Under the pieces are notes generated by a model. That model had not been told where the DNA came from and made no database searches. It saw only the letters and a list, made by a program, of their open reading frames with translations. From assembly GCF_964188315.1 (NCBI RefSeq), contig NC_135657.1, positions 78,182,001 to 78,246,000 on the forward strand: a stretch of 64,000 nucleotides of DNA, in the 5' to 3' direction. This DNA comes from Podarcis muralis. Lineage: Eukaryota. A program made the translations under genes and the position numbers. Shown here piece by piece: positions 13,401 to 23,300 of this stretch (within the stretch, counting starts at the first letter, position 1; every line of letters begins with the position of its first letter).

Positions 13401-14475
13401 TCTGTTCATCTAGAGCAGAGCTGGTAAACCTGTGGTCCTTCAGGCATTGGTAGACTCCAATTCCCATCATCCCCAACCAGCATGGTCACTAGTCAGGGAT
13501 GGTGTGAGCTGTAATCCAACAACATCTGGAAAGCCACAGGTTTCCCATCTGTGGAGGCCTTTCTGCTGATGTTTAAACTTTAATTGAAGACTTAATAGAG
13601 ACTAATTCTTCCATTTGGCTGCTGTTTTTTTCTTAAGTTTCATAGTTCATCTTAACCATTTCCTTTTTGTATTTTATCATGATAATGTTGCTTTCTGAAC
13701 TATACTTCTGGGTAGTGTATAACTATCTTAGAGAAAATGAAATAATAAGATGCATTGATTTGTGATGGGGTGATGTATGAAAGATAAATGAGGCTAGAAC
13801 TGATGTTCTTCTGTTCCCTTTCTGCTCTTTGATTCCATGATTTCATAGAGTGCCAAATCTGATTCTCATAATACTGCTTAAATCATATTTCCTAAGGCAG
13901 AGGGTGGGGAAGGGGAATTCAGCAGGTGCTACAAATACACCCAGATGCCTCAAGGTACAGGATCATTGGACGATCGGATAAGGAGGATTGAATCCAGGCA
14001 ATATGATTAGACACATTCCACAAGAAAAAAGGCACTTCCTTCAATGGGCAAATTATTCACTGTCAATTATTCATTTAGGTCGTCTTATATCCAGTGAATT
14101 ATTCATTCAGGTTTCCCTCTGAGCTACTCATGGTGATCAAATATGAGGTCAGAAAGCAATTTCACCAAGAACCTACTTGCAACGGTATATTTAGCAGAGT
14201 ATAGGGAGGACAGCGTCAAGTTTTTCAAACTGTTTTTTTCATACAAGGTTTTCTCAGGACGTTTAAGCTGTTAAAAATAAAAAACCACCCTTTATTATTC
14301 AGCTGAAGATATGTAAAAATAAAAGTTGATAGGCTAGTAACCTCATGAAAGCTGTTGCATAAGATGGGTGCCACAGCAGAGGAGGTCCTGCCTTATGCAC
14401 TGAGGTAGAAGGAATATAGGTTAGCCAGTTGGTGCACAGAATATTGATTTGCAAGACCCAAATAACTTTTAAAAT

Positions 14476-14477
<2 letters not shown>

Positions 14478-14514
<37 letters not shown>
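14478..14514. repeat. (CA)n microsatellite (others at about 15865, 35084, 48484, 63667)
   Basis: Direct reading. Confidence 0.98.
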
Positions 14515-14517
<3 letters not shown>

Positions 14518-16644
14518 ACTTATTTACTTCTTGCTTTGTTTATGGAAATTTTCCCCCAATCTTCTCCCCAAAGGAGCCCAGAGCAGCAAACAACAAAACA
14601 ATACAGAAAATTTTGAACATTGAAAATGTGTGGCTTGCCAGCATACATTAAGGACAGTACCGTAATGGCTTGGATCCTAAGATTAAGTTTTAAAAGTTTA
14701 TGGAAGGAAAGTTTCCCACTCCCCACTCTCTCCCAGCTGTGACCCCTCAAAATTCTCTCTGAACTGGGGTGTGGCACTCCTGAACAATGTTGCATGGGGG
14801 TGCTGGGGAGGAGGGGACCCCAAAACCAGTCTCAGAGCATAGGATAAGTTAACTTAAGAAAACCCATGGAAGAAAAGTTTCCCATCCCATTCTTCCCAAA
14901 GCAACTCCCAAGCCCTGTCCCACATTGTTCAAGAGGGGTCCCTCAAGCTGTGGTGAGGAGGGTGTGGGAAGTTTTCCTTCCATGAATGCCTTTAAGGTTA
15001 GTCTGATACACAGCTGTTTATATTTGTGGTTTTAATTCCATTTAAATGTAACTCGGGGGTTACTTTTGTGATGCAGGGCAACCTACAAAATATTTCAAAA
15101 TAAATAAAATCTATTCTAGAATCCAAGCCATTATCTACTGAAGGAAGATGCTCATCATAAATTACTAAAAGCTTCAAAACTTTAAAATAATGGCTCTGAT
15201 TCAATGTCTGTTTTGGGGGTGCTAACAGTTCATGGACACTTGGGTGGAATCTACACACATATAAAAAACACTGTGAAAATGCTTTTTAAAAAAGTTTTGA
15301 AAAATACATTGAATTTGGCATAGCTCGCTATCACCATCTAGTATCACATTTGCATATTGCCCTTTACAACGCAATTTAAACATTTTATTTGTAGCTGTAT
15401 AGCTGAGTCCTTGGACTTGATGAAAAGGCATTTCTGTTGCATAAGAGGAAGTTGGTAGTTGTCCATTCACTTCTTTGAAGGCCCCACTCCTGGGAAAGTG
15501 GCAGCAACATCTAGTAATGAACAATGGATACGGTTTGATATTTGTAGTAGAGTCTGCCTTACCGATGTTAATAAGCACTCTTTCAATCCCGTGTATGTTT
15601 ACTCATAGTAAGACGCACTTTGTCTGAGGGGATCTATTCCCAACTAAGTGTGTATATGACTGGAACTTGAGTTCCTTAACCTTTGCTCAAGTTTTGACTT
15701 CTTATTAAGGTAGAATAGGGATTTCCATGCTTAGATTGCAACATTTACTGTACACCAAGATGCATCAACACTGCAAGATACAAAAAGCAAGAACATGACA
15801 CAGATTAAAATATAGCTTCTGCATCTTCAATGAGGCAGCAGTTGAAGAAATTGAGCATTGATCGTGTGTGTGTGTGTGTGTGTGTGTTGTGTGTACAGTA
15901 AAAATTGCTCTGTTTTTTATAGTTTACCTTTGTCTGCTTTAAGAACAAATCCTGTACCCTCCTGCCCACTCACTCACCCACACTGCCACCAATTTCCATG
16001 TTCTACCAGACATGTCACCAGCACATTTTAAAACCTAAACAGGACTGTCAAAGCTGCCTATCTATTCACTGATCATCTGCTCTACCAGATTTTAAACAGA
16101 CAAGCAACAACAAGGTGAAACAAATGAAAGAAAAGTACAGGAAGCCTGTTTTAAGGTTTAAAAGTACCATGATTATGATGAACTGAAATGTGACTAAAAA
16201 CACACCAGGTGAATTTTGTGCATTTAACACTGTTTCGTTTCAATACACTCTTCTAGAGGCATTGTCAAAAACAGCATTTGTCTCAATTAAAAACGGAACA
16301 TGCGCATACATAGTGACTTTAGTAAGCAGAAAAATGTATGTGGCGTTGAAGGAACTTAGCATGTGGCCTGTCTTGCCAAAGGCAGTGGTATAGAGCAGCA
16401 TTTTTGTTACCTCAGCCTATGATTCTGTGATTGTGTAGATTAAACATAGGAAGTTTATCTTGATCCGGAGCCAATTGTAGAGGAGGAGAAGGGAGAGGAA
16501 AGGACATTATTTTAATGAATTGCTCATGGACAAAGAAATGAATATAAAAGAGAGGTTGTGAGCTCCTCTCTGGGAGACTGCCCTTGAGCATGTTCTAGCT
16601 AAACCATAGTTCAGCATACCATGTTGTGGGAATCGGGTCATTTT

Positions 16645-16990
16645 CTGTCTGTCTGTTTGTTAATGGGTCTCTATGCCACCATTTGAACTCCAAAACAGCA
16701 TTCAAGGTGGTTAACATCAGCAATCAAACCACAAAATGATATTAAGACATAACAGACAGGACTATAGAAAGCCAATGACAAATTCAACCTCAAGTGGCAG
16801 ACAAGGTGAAAGCTTGTTTAAATGACAGTCTTTAGCCGCCGTCAAAAGACAGAGAAAGGCAGCTGAATTGGTCTCTCAGAGAGAGGAAGTCCCACATTCT
16901 GGGTTACACAACCAATAAAACCCTTTCGACTTTTTCTACCATTCCTTCTTCCTTAGATAGTGGGGTGAAGGCCCACTGCTACTAGCCTCA
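16645..16990 (-). mobile_element. L2-like LINE 3' fragment
   Basis: Antisense L2-type tail (ttcaaggtggttaaca) and gtctttagccgccgtcaaaag block; similar tails near 790-900, 38440 and 63590. Confidence 0.5.
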
Positions 16991-18009
16991 GTGGATGAGA
17001 AAGTCTGAATAGGAGAGGATGGAATAATGCATTTGTCATTATGGTTTTAAGAATATATCATCTCGTGAGCAAACTCTGATGCATTTTCTTTTCCAACGTC
17101 ATTATTTTGTGAAGTGAAACAAATAAGGATAAAGATGTTGACGTGCACTGTATATATATAGAGTGAAAGAAACCTTTTCATTCTTACTGCGTCAGGGGAC
17201 GGTCTTAGCTGTGAGAAAACATGACCTATGTGAAGTTGGCAAGGTCAGCTACACCCAGAGTGATTTGCTGCGTAAGAGCTGGTGACACCAGCTAAGTTGC
17301 CTCGAGGCCATTTTACTTAGGTAGCCAAATGCAACAAGACATTGTTTCTGAAATCTGAGCAAACAGCTTTCTTAGTTCCTTAAAAAAAAAAAAAAGCACG
17401 ACGTTTATCCTAGAGCATATAAACAGACTAACTAGTATATTATTAGGGTTGGCGGGGTGTTAAGTGAAACTATCAGCAAAGATGCCAGTAATCCCATTAG
17501 CAAGGTGTTCCTATTCCGCATATTCACTGAATTTGGAAAGTGCAGGCTGCCTCTAATTCAAGGGAAGGGTGCTTCCAAACATAGACAATTTAACTGCACC
17601 CAAGTCTTTCCTGTTCTGCTTTAAGCAGTGGTGGGCCTTGGGGTCTCAAATTTCAGCACCGCCCTGTGTGATGCCAAAAATTGACACCCTGCGCCTCTTG
17701 CATTCCATTCGATGTACAATACCTCATAGTTCCAGAGACCCCTGAGGCAACCCTGAGGCTCCAAACCGGCTGCACTCCCCTAAATCCACCTCTGCTTTGA
17801 GCTGCAAATGTAATAGAAACTCTGCTTCCAAACTTCTAACAGTAAGGTAGGCAGGTCTCCCACCCCCACACCCCCTCTGTTTCTGGCCCATTCTGTCTTT
17901 ATACAGAGTGCTGATTGGCAAGACACCTCCCCCTTGACTCCACAGGGTGCTGATTGGTTGGCCTATATGGCTATTCCACCTTTCAAATGAAAGAAATACA
18001 AACTGTTTT

Positions 18010-18045
18010 CTTCTTCTTCTTCTTCTTCTTCTTCTTCTTCTTCTT
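18010..18045. repeat. (CTT)n microsatellite
   Basis: Direct reading. Confidence 0.98.
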
Positions 18046-18417
18046 CAGTCTCAGCCTGAAGAGGAACACTCCTGTCACGTATTTAGAATATATGGCAACA
18101 TTTTGTTAGAGATCCTATTGGTGTGTTCTTCTCCTGAACTAGTTCAAAAATGGTCCAGCCTAAAAGAGCTGTTATGTGAAAAGCATTGTAATACAATTTC
18201 TGGTAGATATAGGAAGGACTATTAGCATCGTAGATGAAGCAACCTATACTTAGGAATGCTCAACAGCTGAATGCACAACCACCCCAGTTTTTGTATGTGG
18301 GTCCATGGAGAAAATACAGATCAAAAGCAAATTTACTACTATGGTAAAATAAAATAAAAATACAGGGAGTGTTGCAGCTTTCTGAATAGCCCAGACTATG
18401 AAAGAGCAAATTGATAT

Positions 18418-19174
18418 TGTCAGGGGTTCAGGAGCAGAGGGACAGGAGAGGGAGGAAGTAGAGACCGAGGGAGAGGAATCTGAGGGAGAAGTCAGCGAGG
18501 GTAGCCATCCGAGGTCTCTAAGTCTCTCCAGTGAATCAGAGGATTCACAGAAAGGGGCCCCAGTGGTCAGAGCCAGGGGGTTGCCAGAGGGAACACCCCA
18601 GGAAGGAGGGGCCAGAGGGGATTCAGAGAGCAGCAGCTGGAAATCGGGACCAACTTTCCCACCGGAGAGCAGTAAGGGGGAGGAGTCCCAAACATCGGCA
18701 GCAGGCAGCCTTCCGTCAGCGGAAGGACATGAGTCAGGGTTAGCCACGCCTGCATCAGAGAGCGAGGTAACGGTCAAAAGGAAGGTCAGGGGCAGCGCGC
18801 GCGCGCCAAGTTCAAATGTACAGGAGGGGGGCGCAATGGGCAGTCCGGAGAGAGAGCCGGGTCCCAAAGCCCGCCGGAGAGAAGGGGAGGAGTCCGAAGG
18901 GTCCGCTTCCGAGGCATCCCGGAAAGAAGGCACCCAGGGGGGTAGTAGGACCCAGAGGAGGAAGGAGAAACGTAGAAGGTGGAGTAAGGCTAGAGTCTTA
19001 AGCTGGTGTACAGGGGGCGGAGACTCAGACGAGGCTTCGCTGGTCTAGGGTTTAGACGTACAGACGCACGCTAGTGTTTGGAAATGGAAACTAAATGCCA
19101 ATAAAGACTTCTGTACAGTTCTAATGGCTAGCGTTGGTCTTCTGTGAGCTGAGACCGGGAGGCAGTCTCTGACA
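18418..19174 (+). repeat. 5' LTR (757 bp)
   Basis: Begins tgtcagggg, ends ctctgaca; matches 24205-24961 except C18524/T24311 and C19061/G24848 (by eye, supported by near-identical ORF translations in several frames). Confidence 0.98.
18996..19037 (+). promoter_or_regulatory. Predicted LTR core promoter and start of R
   Basis: TCTTAAG (TATA-like) about 28 nt upstream of 19027, the start site required by the self-priming model. Confidence 0.55.
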
Positions 19175-19176
19175 GT

Positions 19177-19187
19177 AAGCCTCGTCT
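19177..19187 (+). promoter_or_regulatory. Self-priming primer-binding site (no tRNA PBS)
   Basis: AAGCCTCGTCT, 2 nt after the 5' LTR, is the exact reverse complement of AGACGAGGCTT (19027-19037) in the LTR; no TGG-type tRNA PBS is present. Confidence 0.85.
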
Positions 19188-19286
19188 CACGTTATCATCG
19201 GTTTTCTTCGCCTCAAGCATCGCTAAGGAAGCGAGGCAGGGAGGGTGGAAGACTGGTGCCTTGCGAGCTCACAAGAGTCAGGCAAG

Positions 19287-20363
19287 ATGACTACAGAACA
19301 GAAAATAGCTTCCCTGCAAGAAGCGGTGACGCTACTCAACGCTGAAATAATCGCATCCAGGAAGAGAGAGGAAGAAGCGGCAGCTGCATGCAGAGATCTT
19401 CAAGCCAGGTTGGAAGGGCTTGTAAAGCAGGGGATCCCAGCACCCAGGTCCGAGGGGATCGGTTTGGGGAAGAGAGGAGGCAGCATTGTATCTCATTTTG
19501 ATGGGAATTTGCAGCAGTACCCCAATTTCAGAGCAGATGTGCTGTTTGCGCTGCAGCTGCTGGAAAGAGACTTTAGAGATGAGCGGGAAAAAGTGGGGTT
19601 TATTTTGTCTCATTTGCATGGGGACGCGAAATCATGGCTGCGCAACCTGTGGAGAGATCAGGATCCAGCGCTCCAAAGCGCAGATGCGTTCATTAAGGCG
19701 ATGGACTCCTGTTTCTTATCCAAAATAGACCTGGACATTGCCCGGAGGGACATATTTGGGCTAAGACAAGGGAAAGCCAGCGTAAGGCAGTATCATTCCC
19801 GGTTTTTTGCATTGGTCAACGCGCTGAATTGGGATAAGGATTCTCCGCCGGTTAGAGACCTTTTTTGGGAGGGTCTGAATGCACAGATCAAGGATGAGAT
19901 GGCAAGGGGAGAGAGACCCACCACCACTCAGCAAGTGGTTGAAAGAGCGTTGTCTATTGGGGTGAGGCAGGAAGAACGTCCGTGGAGCAAAGAAGAAGGG
20001 CGTTGGGGACGTTCACCAGCGAGAGTGCCCTCCCTCTTGCCCAGAGAGGCAGCGCGTGCGCAGTCCACGCCTCCACAGGGAGGGGGCGAGGAGCAGATGG
20101 AGATTGGCGGTGCTAGGGCTCACTCAGCTACCAGAGCCTTAACGCCAGGAGCAGTAAAATCGAAGCTGCCTAGAAGGAACAGGAAGTGTTATATATGTGA
20201 GAGTGCAGAGCACATGGCGAAAGAGTGTCCCCAGAGGAGTTTCAAGCACACTGCAGCTTCAGTGACAGTATTGGAAACAACTCAGCAGAGAGCACCACAG
20301 CAGGGAAACGACCAGGTCTGGCTGGAAGAGGAGGCACTGGGGCCCAGCCAGACGAGTCAGTGA
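19287..20363 (+). CDS. gag: Gag (358 aa from first ATG): coiled coil, retrotransposon capsid domain, CCHC zinc knuckle
   Basis: ATG with A at -3 (gcaagATG); FDGN...KVGFILSHLHGDAKSW capsid signature of sushi/PEG10-like Gags; CYICESAEHMAKEC = CX2CX4HX4C. Confidence 0.95.
   Translation: MTTEQKIASLQEAVTLLNAEIIASRKREEEAAAACRDLQARLEGLVKQGIPAPRSEGIGLGKRGGSIVSHFDGNLQQYPNFRADVLFALQLLERDFRDEREKVGFILSHLHGDAKSWLRNLWRDQDPALQSADAFIKAMDSCFLSKIDLDIARRDIFGLRQGKASVRQYHSRFFALVNALNWDKDSPPVRDLFWEGLNAQIKDEMARGERPTTTQQVVERALSIGVRQEERPWSKEEGRWGRSPARVPSLLPREAARAQSTPPQGGGEEQMEIGGARAHSATRALTPGAVKSKLPRRNRKCYICESAEHMAKECPQRSFKHTAASVTVLETTQQRAPQQGNDQVWLEEEALGPSQTSQ
20303..20362 (+). promoter_or_regulatory. -1 programmed ribosomal frameshift signal (G GGA AAC plus H-type pseudoknot)
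   Basis: Slippery heptamer 20303-20309 in the correct gag phase; 6-nt spacer; stem 1 GTCTGGCTGG (20316-20325) / CCAGCCAGAC (20344-20353); stem 2 CACTG (20335-20339) / CAGTG (20358-20362). Confidence 0.9.
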
Positions 20364-23300
20364 GGAAGTCCCCAGAGATTTTGCAGCCCACAGACCCCCT
20401 CCCGCCCAAGCCAGTGGTGCAGCTAACCGCATCGCTTCAGCTGCCCAATGGACTCACCTTAGAAGTGCCTATTACAATTGACTCTGGCAGTAACGCAGAC
20501 TTTATAGGATTGGAGTTCATTCAACAACACAACGTAGCATTACTGCCAGCCACACTGCCCCTGAAGGTTGTCACGGTGGATGGCAGGGAACTGCTAGGGG
20601 GGCAGGTGGTGCAGCAGACGCCGCCTATGGTGATGCAAATTGGGAATCACCGGGAAGTTATCAGTTTCAATGTCACCCAGCTGTCCGACACGCCTATAGT
20701 ATTAGGCATGAGTTGGCTGCACAGGCACAGCCCAGCATTGGCGTGGTACCAGCGCCACCTGACTTTTGGCTCCTCCTACTGTGCAGAACACTGCATTATA
20801 CCCAGCCCGGAAGGGGAAGAGGAGGACCCGCAGTTGCAGTTGGGCACGCTGCAAGCAGTACCCCACAAGTATGCGGAGTTTTTGGAGGTATTCTGCGAGA
20901 AGGAGGCGGACAAGCTACCCCCTCACAGACCCTATGATTGCAAGATTGACCTCCTGCCGGGGGCGACGCTGCCAACTGGGAAACTGTACTCCATGTCTGA
21001 GGATGAACTGCAAGAACTCAGGGAGTTCATAGATCACAATTTGAAGCGTGGGTTCATCCGGGAGTCGAAAGCGGTGGGAGGCAGTCCCGTATTCTTTGTG
21101 AAGAAGCGGGATACGCCCCAAAAAAGACTGGTGGTGGACTTCAGAATCTTGAATTCGAAAACCAAGCCCTCAGCTTTCCCCATGCCCAAGATAGACGACC
21201 TGCTAGCGACGGTGCGGAAAGGACGCGTTTTCACCAAGCTGGATCTACGTGGCGCGTACAACCTGATTCGCATGCGCGACGGAGACGAGTGGAAGACGGC
21301 CATGTTCACGCCACTGGGCACCTACGAATACAGAGTTATGCCCTTCGGATTACAAAATGGCTCTCACACTTTCCAAGCCTTTATGCATCACGTGCTGGCG
21401 GGGCTCCTTTACAAGAAGTGCGTATGCTTCCTGGACGACATCCTGATTTTTTCAGAATCGCGAGAGGCGCACGAGAGGGATGTCAGGGAAGTTCTGCAGA
21501 GACTGAAGGAGCACAGGCTGTACGCCAAACTGGAGAAGTGCCAGTTCGACGTGACGGGGGTGGATTTCCTGGGCTACAAGTTGTCGGACAAGGGGCTCGC
21601 CATGGACAGCGCCAAGGTTCGCGCAGTTTTGGACTGGAAGAGCCCACGCAATCGGAAGGAAGTCCAGCGGTTTGTCGGCTTTGCCAACTTTTACCGCAAG
21701 TTCATCAAGGGATTTGCCATGCAGACAGCGGCCATCACCGACACGCTCAGCTCCAAGAAGAAGAAATTCATCTGGACGGAGCAAGCGGAGCAGTCCTTTC
21801 AGAAACTCAAGCGTCTCTTCGCGTCCGAAGAGCAGCTGCTGCATGTGAATCCCAGCAGACCCATGAGGGTGGAGACGGACGCCTCAGACAGAGCCGTGGG
21901 AGCTGTCCTGTTGCAACAAGACCAGCAGGGGGACTGGAGGCCGTGCGCCTTCTACTCGAGGAAGCTCAGCAAGTCGGAGCAGAATTACACTATCTGGGAC
22001 AGGGAGTTGCTAGCCATACATGCAGCATTCAAGGCATGGAGGCACTTCCTCATCGGAGCCACACATACAGTGCAGGTCCACACGGACCACAAGAATCTGG
22101 AGTACTGGCGCACGGCTAGGTTCCTCAACCAGAGACACATTAGATGGGCAGAGTTCTTCGCGGACTTCGACTTCAAGATAGAGTACATCCCAGGCGACAA
22201 CAACGTGATGGCGGATGCATTGTCCAGAAAGCCGCAATACCTGGAGGAGGCGGCACCGTCGGCGGCCAAGCACATTTTCGCACCGGAAGCGTGGGCATGC
22301 GCGTCGGCAACCGTGGACCTGGACGCCGTACGTCGCGCGCTGCGGGAAGACCCCTTCGCACGGGCCAAGATGGAGGAGGTGCACAGGGGCACAGCGAGGG
22401 CCGACGAGTTCCAGATTCGCGATGGGTTGCTCCTCCACAAGGGAGCACTCTACGTGCCGGGAGATGACCTCCGCGCAAGGGTCCTGCAGCAGCTACACGA
22501 CGCTCCCACCGCAGGGCACTTTGGCAAAGAAAAGACTGTCGAACTCGTAGCCAGAGACTTTTGGTGGCCCAAGATGCGGGGGGAAGTAGCGGATTACGTC
22601 TCGAGATGTGACACCTGCCAAAGGGCCAAGTCAGTTCACAGACCGCCGGCGGGATTGCTGGAACCGCTGCAGACACCGTCTGAACCGTGGGAGAGGGTGG
22701 CCCTGGACTTCGTCACGGATCTGCCCAGCTCGAGGGGAAAGACAGCAGTGCTAGTGGTGGTGGACATGTTTACTAAGATGGCACACTTCATTCCGTGTGC
22801 GAAGGTAGCCACGGCAGAGCAGACCGCCAAACTGTTCATAGACCACGTGTTCAAGGTCCACGGTCTGCCACGGTCTATTCTTTCCGACCGGGGGCGACAG
22901 TTCATCTCGAACTTCTGGCAGAAGCTGATGGGCATTCTGAACGTCAAAGTCAATTTGGCGTCGGCGAGACACCCGCAGACCAACGGACAAGCGGAGAGGG
23001 TCAACGCCGTCATGCAGCAGTACCTAAGATGCTACGCCAACCAGCAGCCCACGACATGGGTGGACTACCTGCCGCTCGCCGAGTTCGCTTACAACAATAC
23101 GAAGCACGTGTCGACGGGGGTGACGCCGTTCTTCGCCAACAACGGGAGGCATCCCAGAACCTTCCCGGGTTTAGAGAGAGTGGGGGAGGGGGAGCCACAG
23201 GCAGCGGAGGCCTTAGCGTCGGAGTTGCAGGAGGTCCACGAACAGCTCAGGAGGCAGTTAGAACTAGCTAAGCACGCATACAAGGTGCAGGCCGACAGAC

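Noticed and set aside
14690-14995. Degenerate inverted repeat (atggaaggaaagtttcccac / gtgggaagttttccttccat)
   Set aside because: Most likely an old MITE; no TSD resolved and nothing beyond that
17903-17957. Two ACAG(A/G)GTGCTGATTGG (inverted CCAAT) motifs 39 bp apart, about 460 bp upstream of the Gypsy
   Set aside because: Only two copies, no LTR boundaries or other support
21428-21439. RT motif FLDD instead of YLDD
   Set aside because: F at this position occurs in other chromovirus RTs, so it is not evidence of inactivation or novelty
21289-23271. Several 100-280 aa alternative-frame ORFs inside pol
   Set aside because: Expected shadows of GC-rich coding sequence; no motifs
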